Of a stretch of DNA of 64,000 nucleotides, positions 1 to 9,721 are shown piece after piece (positions within the stretch are counted from its first letter, which is position 1; every line of letters begins with the position of its first letter). A model generated the notes under the pieces. The model had not been told where the DNA came from. It saw nothing but the letters and a program-made list of their open reading frames with translations, and searched no databases. The DNA is taken from the sequence record SRR20825006_505; one strand, given 5' to 3'. The translations under genes were made by a program, and so were the position numbers.

Positions 1-568
1 TTGCAAGACTTGATCTTGCAATCCATTTGATCGCAACGACAACGCACATATCATGATAGAAACTCAACTTATAGTTGAATTGTAGATTCCAACAAAAGCT
101 AGAAACTTACTTACAGTAAGCACTCAACCCACTGAAAATAAATATAATTCCGTACGAACTTGACGCGTACTCCCGGCAAACTGGCATCGCCCAAACTTCA
201 AACTTATCCCCGCCCCTCAAGACCGTGATATAATGGAACCTATCTCCTGCCCCAAGCGGATGATTGACGGATGATCGGGGTATAAGTTGCCAGTTGGCGG
301 CATGAAGGGAGAGACGGTGGGTTTGCCGGACGCGGTGGCCGCGCTGCCATGTTGGTTTTGCCCGACACCGAGGGCGTTCTTTTTAAGGATGGGGATATTG
401 GGTCAGCACCCCAAGCCAGCTTGGCTGAGCGAAAAATGCCGTTGGCGCGAGATGGGAATAAGCTCATTTTCTAGCGCAACATAGCGAGTTTTGCACCATC
501 TCGTGCCCCGCAAATTTCCCCTGAATGTGCTGCATGTCGGGTGCTTTGGTGTGGCTGGTTTTAGCGAG

Positions 569-749
569 TTGGTCCCGGATCAAGTCCGGGACGGCCTAAG
601 AGGGTGGCGACATGGCATGCACAAGAACCGCACAAGCTGGGGCGCCAACCTAAAACCCTCAACAGCTGCAAAAGGGGCTAGATCACCATGGAGAGGAAAC
701 ATCAAATCCACCACACAACATGGCCGTCCCGGACTTGATCCGGGACCAA
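569..749. repeat. Pair of 28-bp REP-like palindromic elements in inverted orientation
   Basis: TTGGTCCCGGATCAAGTCCGGGACGGCC (569-596) is the exact reverse complement of GGCCGTCCCGGACTTGATCCGGGACCAA (722-749). Each copy is internally palindromic (GTCCCGGA-N5-TCCGGGAC), like the CCGGACTTGATCCGG-type extragenic repeats of alphaproteobacteria. Confidence 0.8.
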
Positions 750-771
750 TCCGAACCACGCCGCAGCCAAC

Positions 772-1188
772 CTATTTCGCCCTATCCCCAGAACCAAAAG
801 CATGAGGATGCTGCTTGCCATTATCGCCAATTTCATCCCATGCCGCGCGGGAGTGGGTGAAAATATGGTGGGCGACACGCAGGTTTTCGCCGCCTTCAGT
901 GATCAGGCCGACAGGCACATAGAGTTTTGTGTCATCGTTCCGGCCGGGCAAAGTGGAGCCGCAGATTTGGCAGAACCAACCTTCCCAATCTGCATCCGGC
1001 TTTTTCCAATATTGGATATGCTCTTGCCCGCGCAGCCAGGTGAAATCCTCATTCATAGCGAGCACCAGCGCCATGCCATTATTGCCAGTCGCCTTTCGGC
1101 AAATGGAACAATGGCAAATTATAACATCTTGAATGGGCTTATGAATTTCAAACGCCACCGCGCCGCAATTGCATTCACCTTTGGCCAT
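772..1188 (-). CDS. GFA / CENP-V family zinc protein
   Basis: GECNCGAV, CHCSIC and FCQICGS Cys motifs. Confidence 0.9.
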   Translation of the reverse strand: MAKGECNCGAVAFEIHKPIQDVIICHCSICRKATGNNGMALVLAMNEDFTWLRGQEHIQYWKKPDADWEGWFCQICGSTLPGRNDDTKLYVPVGLITEGGENLRVAHHIFTHSRAAWDEIGDNGKQHPHAFGSGDRAK

Positions 1189-1343
1189 AAATCACTCCCC
1201 AAGTTTCATTCACTATAAGGCGCTCCAGATGATTATCAACGGGATTAGCCAGATGCTTGATACGAAAAATAATTCATCCGGGGTGACAGCAAGTTGTAAG
1301 CCAGCTACACTGGTTGGACCACTGAGTCAAAAAGCAAAATCCA

Positions 1344-2729
1344 ATGAATGATCGCATCACGCCACTAATTTTGGCGGTGGCGCTGTTTATGGAGTTGATG
1401 GATGCCACCGTCATCGCCACAGCCCTGCCCGCCATTGCCGCCGATATTGGCACCGACCCCATTTCGCTAAAGCTCGCCTTGGCCTCCTATTTGGTGGCGC
1501 TGGCCATCTTTATCCCCATCAGCGGTTGGATGGCAGATCGGTATGGTGCGCGAAATGTGTTTCGCGGGGCCATCGTGGTATTTATGCTCGGCTCATTGGC
1601 GTGCGCCTTTGCAGACTCCCTGTTCTCCTTTGTCGCAGCGCGCTTTCTGCAAGGGGTTGGCGGCTCGATGATGACGCCGCTGTCGCGGCTTATCCTTATC
1701 CGCAATACCCCGAAAAAGGATTTGGTGAATGCTTGGGCTTGGCTCACCCTGCCAGCGCTGTTTGGCCCCTTGGCTGGCCCACCGATTGGCGGTTTCCTCA
1801 CCACTTATTTCTCGTGGCATTGGATTTTCTACATCAATATTCCAATCGGGCTGATTGGCATTGTGTTGGCCACCAAATTTCTGCCGGGCACTGGCTATCG
1901 TGAGAAGCGGAAGTTGGACTTTGTCGGCTTCGTGCTCACCGGCACGGCCTTCTCTGGCATTATTTTCGGTCTATCCGTGATCTCCATGCCCGCCTTGCCG
2001 CCAATGTTTGGGGCCAGCGTGGCCGCGCTCGGATTTGGCTCGGGCCTGCTTTACATTTTCCATGCGCGGCGCGTGGAGAGCCCGGTGCTTGATCTCAAAG
2101 TGTTTGACGAGCCGATCTATCGCACCTCGATCATTGCGGGGTTCATCTATCGGATTGCCGGGGGCGCTTTCCCCTTCCTGTTCCCGCTTATGTTGCAAAT
2201 CGGGTTTGGCTATAGCCCATTTGAAAGCGGCATGATTTCCTTCATTGGTGCAGGCGGTGCTATTTTGATGAAGTTCTGCCTCAAGCCTGCCCTACAAGTG
2301 TTTGGTTTTAGAATCTTATTGATCGTTGGCGTCATCATGTCGTCGCTCTTGGCGCTAACCCATGGCTTCTTCACGGCGCAAACACCGATCTGGGTTATGA
2401 TGTCCATCTTGCTGTTCATGGGCTTCTTCCGCTCCATGTATTACACCTCTTTGAACACCCTCACCTTCGCTGAAACGCCAGAACATCAATCTGGCTCAGC
2501 GACCGTCATCAGTTCAGTAAGCATTCAGTTGGCCTTCGCGCTTGGTGTGGCGTTTGCTGCGTTGATGCTGGATGTGTTCGCGCTGATCAATGGCACTGAG
2601 GTTGGCGTGAAAGAGATGCAGCTTTCCTTCTTCATTCTTGCTGGCGTTACTGCTTTGGCCATGCTGCCTATTTTGGGGCTATCCAAGCAGGTGGGCGACG
2701 ATGTTGCGGGGCACAAGGCAAAGGCATAA
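1344..2729 (+). CDS. MFS transporter, DHA2 (EmrB/QacA-like)
   Basis: DATVIATALP, GWMADRYGAR (motif A), RFLQGVGG, WHWIFYINIPIG; many hydrophobic helices. Confidence 0.9.
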   Translation: MNDRITPLILAVALFMELMDATVIATALPAIAADIGTDPISLKLALASYLVALAIFIPISGWMADRYGARNVFRGAIVVFMLGSLACAFADSLFSFVAARFLQGVGGSMMTPLSRLILIRNTPKKDLVNAWAWLTLPALFGPLAGPPIGGFLTTYFSWHWIFYINIPIGLIGIVLATKFLPGTGYREKRKLDFVGFVLTGTAFSGIIFGLSVISMPALPPMFGASVAALGFGSGLLYIFHARRVESPVLDLKVFDEPIYRTSIIAGFIYRIAGGAFPFLFPLMLQIGFGYSPFESGMISFIGAGGAILMKFCLKPALQVFGFRILLIVGVIMSSLLALTHGFFTAQTPIWVMMSILLFMGFFRSMYYTSLNTLTFAETPEHQSGSATVISSVSIQLAFALGVAFAALMLDVFALINGTEVGVKEMQLSFFILAGVTALAMLPILGLSKQVGDDVAGHKAKA

Positions 2730-2803
2730 TTTAGCGCCACTGGCGCTGATTTTGCCGCAATCTTGTGTTGCTTAAGGGCGTAACCTTTATTGAGGAGAGA
2801 TCG

Positions 2804-3187
2804 ATGTCGGTCATCAATTTCGCGATGTTTGCAGCTCTAATGGCAGCTTTTCCATCCAGCAACAATTGCACTGTTGAGGGTGAAGTCTTCTATGTGCAAC
2901 GCATTGCCCTGCCGGAAAATGCAGTGATCAGCGTGCGATTAGAAGAACAAGGCATCGCTGACAAAGCAGCGGAAATTTTTGCTGAAACTGAGTTTGGCAG
3001 CGCGGGAAAGCAAGTGCCGTTCCCTTTCAAACTGGAAGCTGATTGCGCTGTGTTGAAGGGTGCCGTCACGCCCGGCTTCACCGTGCGCATTATGGTGGAT
3101 GATAAACTGCGCTTTATCAACACAGTCTCGCATCCTTACGACGAAACGCAAGATGTGCAGCGGATCAAAGTTGATCCTGTCGGCTAA
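2804..3187 (+). CDS. YbaY-family exported protein
   Basis: V[16 protein letters not shown] and QVPFPF motifs; SD GAGGAG precedes ATG 2804. Confidence 0.8.
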   Translation: MSVINFAMFAALMAAFPSSNNCTVEGEVFYVQRIALPENAVISVRLEEQGIADKAAEIFAETEFGSAGKQVPFPFKLEADCAVLKGAVTPGFTVRIMVDDKLRFINTVSHPYDETQDVQRIKVDPVG

Positions 3188-3942
3188 CCTTTAAAGCCCT
3201 TGGCGATAAGGTAGCTTTCAGACGAATCCTTGCGCGATGCGGCGGGTTTGGCGTGGAACGTGGATTTAAAGTGGCGTTTTAGATGCGCCAGCAACTCGTT
3301 CTCGGTGCCGCCTTGGAACACTTTGGCGACAAATGCACCATCTGGCTTCAAAATCTGGATCGCAAAATCGGCCGCCAGCTCCACCAGCGCCATGATGCGC
3401 AAATGGTCGGTCGCCTTATGACCCGTGGTTGGCGCCGCCATATCTGACATGACAAGATCAACCTTGTGGCCGCCCAATGCATCGATCAGCATATCGGGCG
3501 CGTCATCATCGTTGAAATCCTTTTGCAGGAAAATCACGCCGGGCATGGCTTCCATCTCGAGATAGTCAATGCCCACAACTTTGGGATCTTCGGCGTCAGC
3601 GCCCATAATTTCAGTGGCAACTTCGCACCAGCCGCCGGGTGCGCAGCCAAGGTCTACCACCCGCATGCCGGGACGCAGCAGATTGTGCTTTTCATTCAGC
3701 TCAATCAGCTTATAGGCCGCGCGGGATCGACGCCCCTCTTTCTGGGCGCGTTGCACATAGGGGTCATTCAACTGGCGCTGCAGCCAAAGGGTCGACGAGA
3801 TTTTGCGGCCCTTCGCCGTCTTCACTCGGGTTTTCAAGTTGCGGTCAGACGCTTTTGATTTGGCTTTACCCGCAGCCTTCGCAATGGATTTACCACGGGC
3901 TTTTTTGCCCCCACCACCGGGTTTATTTGGCTTTTTACTCAT
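3184..3942 (-). CDS. rlmE: 23S rRNA U2552 2'-O-methyltransferase (RlmE/FtsJ)
   Basis: [40 protein letters not shown]...SSESY. Confidence 0.95.
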   Translation of the reverse strand: MSKKPNKPGGGGKKARGKSIAKAAGKAKSKASDRNLKTRVKTAKGRKISSTLWLQRQLNDPYVQRAQKEGRRSRAAYKLIELNEKHNLLRPGMRVVDLGCAPGGWCEVATEIMGADAEDPKVVGIDYLEMEAMPGVIFLQKDFNDDDAPDMLIDALGGHKVDLVMSDMAAPTTGHKATDHLRIMALVELAADFAIQILKPDGAFVAKVFQGGTENELLAHLKRHFKSTFHAKPAASRKDSSESYLIAKGFKG

Positions 3943-5192
3943 GATGATTTCGCCCCTTTTTCCCGCTTTTTATAAGGCTTTTTGCCAAATTGCGCCCCAT
4001 GCCCCTTCCCCGGTCGCTTGGACCAGACGCGGTCTTCGGACATTAGGGAGATCAAGATGCCTTCGCGCAAGCCACGGTCGGCCACGCGAATTCGGTCGCA
4101 TGGCCATTCGCGGCGGATGGCTTCAAAGATGGCGCAGCCGGGAATGACGAGATCGGCACGTTCGCGGCCGATGCAGGCGTTGGCGACACGGCGGTCATAA
4201 TTCATGTTCAACAGCACACGCATGGTGTCGATCACATGTTGCTCACCCATCCATAGTCCATCGACTTTCGAGCGGTCATATCGCTCTAGGCCCAAATGAA
4301 GGCCAGCTAGCGTGGTGACGGTACCCGAGGTCCCCACCAGATGCATCTTGCTTTCGGTGATCGCCCGCTTCAGCTTCTCTCGGCCTTTAAAGCGCTTCAG
4401 ATGGGTTTGCACATAGGCAATCATCTCTTCAAAGCTTTCAGGGGTAACATTGACGCCATCAAACTTTTCGGCAATCGACACCACGCCGACAGGCAGCGAC
4501 TGCCATGAACGGATTGAGGCGGCCATTTTGCCGCGTGCTTTGGGACGGCCGCCGCGAAAATCGAGCCATGCCAATTCCGATGAGCCGCCGCCAATATCGA
4601 AAATAACCGCGCCGCTGACGCCGGGTTCCACCAAATCGGCACAGCCAGTTACGGCCAGTTGCGCTTCGGTTTTGCGGTCAACAACTTCCAGCTCGATTCC
4701 CGTTTCCGTGCGAATGCGAGACAAAAATGCTTCGGCATTGCTGGCTGAGCGGCACGCCTCAGTTGCAATCAACCGCAACTTTGCGATTTTATGGTTACCT
4801 ATTTTGGATTGGCACTGTTTCAACGCATCAATCGTGCGATCCATCGCCGCGGGGGAAAGCGCACCGGTGGTGGACAAACCTTCGCCTAAGCGCACAATTT
4901 TTGAGAAGCCATCAACGACCTTAAACCCGCTGTCAGTGGGCCTTGCCAGCAATAATCGGCAATTGTTTGTGCCAAGGTCCAACGCCCCGTAAATGTTGGG
5001 GCGAGCATGGCTGCGGGCACTTGTGTGGCGTTGGCCATTTCGTTTATGGGTCCGCGATTGGCCAGGAGATCGCCCATGGCCACCTCTGGCGCCTTGGTCC
5101 TTTGGACCAGTTGCCAAATGCCCCTCACCTGTGCCCTTTATAGGGGGCTGCGCTGGGCGTTTCTGGTTTGCGGACCGAATCTTATCGGTCAC
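3939..5192 (-). CDS. Ppx/GppA family phosphatase (short form with basic N-terminal extension)
   Basis: [36 protein letters not shown]; 4-nt overlap with rlmE start. Confidence 0.9.
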   Translation of the reverse strand: MTDKIRSANQKRPAQPPIKGTGEGHLATGPKDQGARGGHGRSPGQSRTHKRNGQRHTSARSHARPNIYGALDLGTNNCRLLLARPTDSGFKVVDGFSKIVRLGEGLSTTGALSPAAMDRTIDALKQCQSKIGNHKIAKLRLIATEACRSASNAEAFLSRIRTETGIELEVVDRKTEAQLAVTGCADLVEPGVSGAVIFDIGGGSSELAWLDFRGGRPKARGKMAASIRSWQSLPVGVVSIAEKFDGVNVTPESFEEMIAYVQTHLKRFKGREKLKRAITESKMHLVGTSGTVTTLAGLHLGLERYDRSKVDGLWMGEQHVIDTMRVLLNMNYDRRVANACIGRERADLVIPGCAIFEAIRREWPCDRIRVADRGLREGILISLMSEDRVWSKRPGKGHGAQFGKKPYKKREKGAKSS

Positions 5193-5423
5193 TCTAATTG
5201 CTCCATCCAGTCCGGGTCGCTACGCTGTTGCGGCGCCCCAATGACGATGTGTTACATGTTGAAATTAAACCTAGAGCAAAGGGCCGAAATGCGCAATGGT
5301 GAAAGATAATCGGAATTTGGGAAAAAACTTAACTATTTGAAGAAGAATATATTCTAAATTCTTGATATAAGAATAATTCATTGCATGGCGTCTAGCATCG
5401 TCCAATTGTGTGTTGGTGATCAT

Positions 5424-7775
5424 ATGTTTAAAAGACTATTAGAAACAATTCAGTCCGAAAAAAATCTCTCTGTAACCATCCGGGCGCAACTGGTAGATGG
5501 GTTATTCCATCCATTTGCTTCGCTCATCTCTGGTGCAGTTGCAGGTTTGTTTATCGCGGCTGTTTTATCTTTCGCAGCCGATGATCATTTGGTGCAAAAT
5601 TTAGCCTATGCAGTGGTGCTTATTGCTGCATGTCGCATTGTGTTGGGCATTTACTATTTGCGCTCTGGCCAGCCTGTAAACGCCCAAAATGTGAATGAGT
5701 GGGAATGGGCCTATGCCATTGGCGGCACGGCCTTTTCACTTTGCTTGGGCATGGTTACGTTCTTCGCCGTTTTGCGCATCGACAATGGCGCCATTCATTT
5801 GATGCTCACCACCACAACGGCTGCTTACGCGGCCTCTATCGCTGGCCGCAATGCTAGCCGCCCTTGGGTTGCTCTCGGCCAGCTATATTTTGCATCGGTC
5901 CCGATGGGCCTTGGCTTGGTGCTGCATGACACATTGTTCTACGAAGTGGTTGGCGCTGCCCTTCTGATCTTTATGTTCGGCATGACCGATATTACGCTCG
6001 CTGTGCGCAAGACCATCATCAACGCGCTTGAGACGCGGGAACGCAATAAAGAGCTGGCGGATTCGTTTGAGCAGCAAGCCAATTTGTTCGATGGCGCGCT
6101 TAAGAACATGTCGCACGGCTTGTGCATGTTTGACCGCGACAACAAGCTTTTGGTGTGGAACCCGATTCTCTGTGACATTTTGGGCTGCCCGCCAGACAAG
6201 CTGCATAAAGGCGAATCGTTCGAAGAAGTGCTGCAATTGATCCATCCCGCTGACCGGGATCATTTCATTTGGAAAGGTGATGTGGAGGCGGACCAAGCCA
6301 AAGCAAATTTTGAACACACCATCCAATTGGAAGATGAGCGCTTTGTTGCCGTTTCTTCTCGCCAAACATCGACCGGTAATCGCGTTTTGGTGTTCGCTGA
6401 TGTGACCGCCCAGAAAAAAGCTGAAGCCAAGATCCGCAACCTCGCTCTTGTTGATCAACTCACTGGCTTGATGAACCGGACTTCCTTGCAAAATTGCTTC
6501 CGCGAAGTGCTGGAGAGCAACAAGTCTGATCAGGAAGTCGCTGTCTACTTCATCGATTTGGACCATTTTAAAAACGTGAATGACACGTTGGGCCACCCTG
6601 TGGGCGACGACTTGTTGCAGCAAGTGGCGAAACGCATTTGCGATGTGTGCATGGATGAATGCCATGTAGGCCGCATGGCCGGGGACGAATTTTTGGTGAT
6701 TCAGCGGTTGGCGCCGCACGCCCGAACGCCGGAGATTTTGTCGAGCCAGATTATTGAGGCGCTTAAACAGCCCTTTAATGTTGCATCGCACTATGTGCGC
6801 ATTGGTGCGTCTATCGGCATCGCTATTTCCCCTAAAGATGGGACCGAAGCTGCCCTGCTGCTAAAGCGGGCAGATATGGCGCTTTATGCCGCTAAAAATC
6901 TTGGTCGCAACCGCTATGAGTTTTTTGAGCCAAAGATGGATCAAAAAGCCCAGCAAGTTCGCGCGATGGAATTGGATATCAAATATGCATTGGAAGAAAA
7001 CCAGTTCCGGCTTTCGTTCCAACCGATCATCGATGCCAACACTTCAGAAATTTCAGGGTTCGAAACCCTGATCCGCTGGACGCACGAAAAGCGCGGACGG
7101 GTTGTGCCCTCAGTGTTTATTCAAGTGGCAGAGCAAACAGGGCAAATAATCGAGATTGGCCGCTGGGTGGTACGTGAAGCCATTCGCAACGCGTCGAAGT
7201 GGCCGACGGACACACCGATCGCAATTAATTTCAGTGCGGTTCAGTTCCAAGATACGGACTTTCCAAAATATCTGAAGTCTCAATTGCGTCGGTTCAAGAT
7301 GCCACCTGAGCGGGTTGAATTGGAGATCACCGAAACAGCCTTCTTCCAGGATGAGATGGCCACCCTCGATATTCTGCGTCAGTTCCAAGCAATCGGCGTG
7401 AAAATCTCATTAGACGATTTCGGGACAGGCTTCTCTTCTCTATCGCAATTGCGCACCTTCCCGTATCACAAGATCAAGATAGACGGCTCCTTTATCCGCG
7501 ATCTCGAAACCAACACCAGCTCAAAAGCTGTGGCGACCGCGGTGGCCCATATCGGACAGGCGCTGAAAATTCGCGTGGTGGCCGAATGTGTGGAATCTGA
7601 AGAACAGCTTGAATATTTGCGCGACGCTGGCGTGAGCGAAATCCAAGGCTTTTATATGTGCCGCCCGCTCAATTATGAAGATGCCGCAAGCCTGCTGGAA
7701 ATTGGCAATGGCAAGTTTGATCGGGAGTATCTTGAGCAAATAAAAAAGCGCAGCGATAAAACCGCTGCGCAATAG
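5424..7775 (+). CDS. Membrane-anchored PAS-GGDEF-EAL c-di-GMP enzyme
   Basis: About 6 N-terminal TM helices; PAS-like NMSHGLCMFD; DLDHFKNVND...GHPVGD...AGDEF; FETLIRW, ELEITET, DDFGTGFSS, KID. The ORF track starts at 5385. Confidence 0.9.
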   Translation: MFKRLLETIQSEKNLSVTIRAQLVDGLFHPFASLISGAVAGLFIAAVLSFAADDHLVQNLAYAVVLIAACRIVLGIYYLRSGQPVNAQNVNEWEWAYAIGGTAFSLCLGMVTFFAVLRIDNGAIHLMLTTTTAAYAASIAGRNASRPWVALGQLYFASVPMGLGLVLHDTLFYEVVGAALLIFMFGMTDITLAVRKTIINALETRERNKELADSFEQQANLFDGALKNMSHGLCMFDRDNKLLVWNPILCDILGCPPDKLHKGESFEEVLQLIHPADRDHFIWKGDVEADQAKANFEHTIQLEDERFVAVSSRQTSTGNRVLVFADVTAQKKAEAKIRNLALVDQLTGLMNRTSLQNCFREVLESNKSDQEVAVYFIDLDHFKNVNDTLGHPVGDDLLQQVAKRICDVCMDECHVGRMAGDEFLVIQRLAPHARTPEILSSQIIEALKQPFNVASHYVRIGASIGIAISPKDGTEAALLLKRADMALYAAKNLGRNRYEFFEPKMDQKAQQVRAMELDIKYALEENQFRLSFQPIIDANTSEISGFETLIRWTHEKRGRVVPSVFIQVAEQTGQIIEIGRWVVREAIRNASKWPTDTPIAINFSAVQFQDTDFPKYLKSQLRRFKMPPERVELEITETAFFQDEMATLDILRQFQAIGVKISLDDFGTGFSSLSQLRTFPYHKIKIDGSFIRDLETNTSSKAVATAVAHIGQALKIRVVAECVESEEQLEYLRDAGVSEIQGFYMCRPLNYEDAASLLEIGNGKFDREYLEQIKKRSDKTAAQ

Positions 7776-7788
7776 GTGTTCGCCCGCA

Positions 7789-8742
7789 CTATTCAGCTGC
7801 GGGCGATGTTTTTTTGGTCTGTGCAGCAACTAGTCGCTGCATCACTTTAAGTTCTTTCGGGCTGATCCGCATGCCCGCATCTGCCCACAAAGACACCACA
7901 TCATCCAACTCTTCAAATGGAATTGGATTGGCGCGTTTTGCCGCCTTGCGGTAGGTGCAGAGCGCGGCGTGCTTATGCTCATTTTTGGCGATAAAGCGTT
8001 GAACTGTTTTCAGCCCCTCGCCCTTCTCTGCCAAAATGTGCACAACGCCCATCTCATAAAGTTCTTCTGCACTTAATGTGCGACCTGTGCGCACCAACTG
8101 CTCTGCCTTGGCAAAGCCCAGAGAGCGCCCTAGGAAGGTGAGCGCGCCCATGCCGGGGAACAGGCCAAACATTTGCTCAGGAAAGCCAAATTTGGCTCCC
8201 TTCTCAGCGCAAATATAGTCAAAGGATAAGAGCGATTCAAAACCGCCGCCAAGGGCGTCGCCTTGCACCATGCCGATGGTGAGCACCTCACTATCAATGC
8301 TGCGCCAATTTTTATGCAAAATCTCCACACATGACCGCCCATAGGCATAAAGTGCCTCACGGTCTTTGGTGTTGATGCAATTGGCGAAGTAATCAAGATC
8401 ACCGCCCAAGCAAAAGAAATCAGGATGGCGAGAGCCAAGCACGACAAATTTGAAGTGCTCCCCCATTTCTTCTTTCAAGGCATGGATGTTGCGATGCCAC
8501 CCATGGAAGTCATTCAGCAAATTCGGGTTATATGCTGCTCGCCCTTCGAAGTTCATAAAACTCCACAGGGTGCCATGGGAAATGTCGAACGCATTTTCCA
8601 ATTGGCCCAGCTCTGGCCAAAATTTGTCTGACAGTTTTGTCGATGCTGCCTGACGTGGCACCAGCACCGTATTCTCGTTCTTGGGATTTTGTGTACCCGC
8701 AAAGTCAGCACTTTGCAGGTTTAAAACTGCATTTTCTGGCAT
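7789..8742 (-). CDS. rpfF: RpfF-like diffusible signal factor synthase (crotonase / enoyl-CoA hydratase family)
   Basis: VLGS...FCLGGDL..F, L..YGRSCV, VQGDALGGGFES, FGFPEQMFGLFPGMGA match the RpfF subfamily as I recall it; both catalytic Glu positions are present. Confidence 0.85.
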   Translation of the reverse strand: MPENAVLNLQSADFAGTQNPKNENTVLVPRQAASTKLSDKFWPELGQLENAFDISHGTLWSFMNFEGRAAYNPNLLNDFHGWHRNIHALKEEMGEHFKFVVLGSRHPDFFCLGGDLDYFANCINTKDREALYAYGRSCVEILHKNWRSIDSEVLTIGMVQGDALGGGFESLLSFDYICAEKGAKFGFPEQMFGLFPGMGALTFLGRSLGFAKAEQLVRTGRTLSAEELYEMGVVHILAEKGEGLKTVQRFIAKNEHKHAALCTYRKAAKRANPIPFEELDDVVSLWADAGMRISPKELKVMQRLVAAQTKKTSPAAE

Positions 8743-8781
8743 GATACTATTTACTAAAACATTTTTAAAATACGGACCTAG

Positions 8782-8797
8782 TTAACAACATCTTAAC
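8782..8797. promoter_or_regulatory. CtrA box upstream of rpfF-like gene
   Basis: TTAA-CAACATC-TTAAC is an exact TTAA-N7-TTAAC match about 40 bp upstream of the ATG; an N8 variant lies at 8839-8855. Confidence 0.65.
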
Positions 8798-8995
8798 GAA
8801 ATTTTCAATCAATTTTATTCAAATAGCAACAAAAATAATTAACCACAAAATTAACAAAATCGTTGTTTTACAATGTGTTAAACGGCGGCATTAAAGGAAA
8901 TGGGTAAAATTACCCACAGCTTTTATGCAAAGATAGGCATATGAGCATCTGTTTTACGGGTTGCTGATGTTTTGGCCGTTTGGCATATAAGCGGT

Positions 8996-9640
8996 ATGAC
9001 CAGACCTATTCTTTATAGTTTCAGACGTTGCCCCTATGCCATGCGTGGCCGGCTTGGGCTGCATGCCGCACAAATTGAAGTTGAGCTGCGCGAGATATTG
9101 CTGCGCGACAAGCCTGATTTGTTCCTCGAGCGTTCGCCGAAAGGCACTGTGCCTGTGCTCGACCTAGGCAATGAAGTGATTGAAGAAAGCCATGACATTT
9201 TGAAATGGGCATTGGCGCAAAGTGATCCAGACGATGTGCAGCATGGTGGCGAAGATTTGGATGCCATGCATGCGTTGATTGAGCAGTCAGACCGCGAATT
9301 CAAACCTTTGTTGGATCGGTATAAATATCCGTCGCGCTATGGATTGGAAAATGGCGATCCGGCGCGAGACGAGGCCCTGCCCTTTTTAGATATGCTCAAT
9401 GACCGCCTTGCGGATGGTGGGTTTTTGTTTCATGGCAGATCAAGTGTTGCAGATCTCGGGATTTGGCCCTTTATCCGCCAATTTGCCCATGTGGACCGCG
9501 ATTGGTTTTGGGCGCAAGACCGACCGCATTTGATTGCCTGGCTTGATTATTTTCTCGCCAGTGATCGGTTTAAAGCGATTATGCCAAAATTTACGCCGTG
9601 GACAGACGGAGACGATCCGGTACTATTTCCTACAAATTAG
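8996..9640 (+). CDS. Glutathione S-transferase family protein
   Basis: LYSFRRCPYAMR, SPKGTVPVL, IEES, FIRQFA. Confidence 0.9.
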   Translation: MTRPILYSFRRCPYAMRGRLGLHAAQIEVELREILLRDKPDLFLERSPKGTVPVLDLGNEVIEESHDILKWALAQSDPDDVQHGGEDLDAMHALIEQSDREFKPLLDRYKYPSRYGLENGDPARDEALPFLDMLNDRLADGGFLFHGRSSVADLGIWPFIRQFAHVDRDWFWAQDRPHLIAWLDYFLASDRFKAIMPKFTPWTDGDDPVLFPTN

Positions 9641-9721
9641 GGGCGAAAGAGCACGCCATTGCTTGATTCCAAACGGGGCGATGGCTAAAGCTATGATCCA
9701 AATTAGATAAGGAACAAGATT

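Noticed and set aside
287-520. Possible RNase P, 6S or tmRNA gene
   Set aside because: The RNase P GAGGAAAGTCC core, tRNA-like ends and usual 6S gene context are absent; kept only as an unexplained structured region.
491-805. 104-aa ORF containing VPDQVRDG and RPGLDPGP
   Set aside because: These peptides are translations of the REP-like palindromes; there is no SD or recognisable domain.
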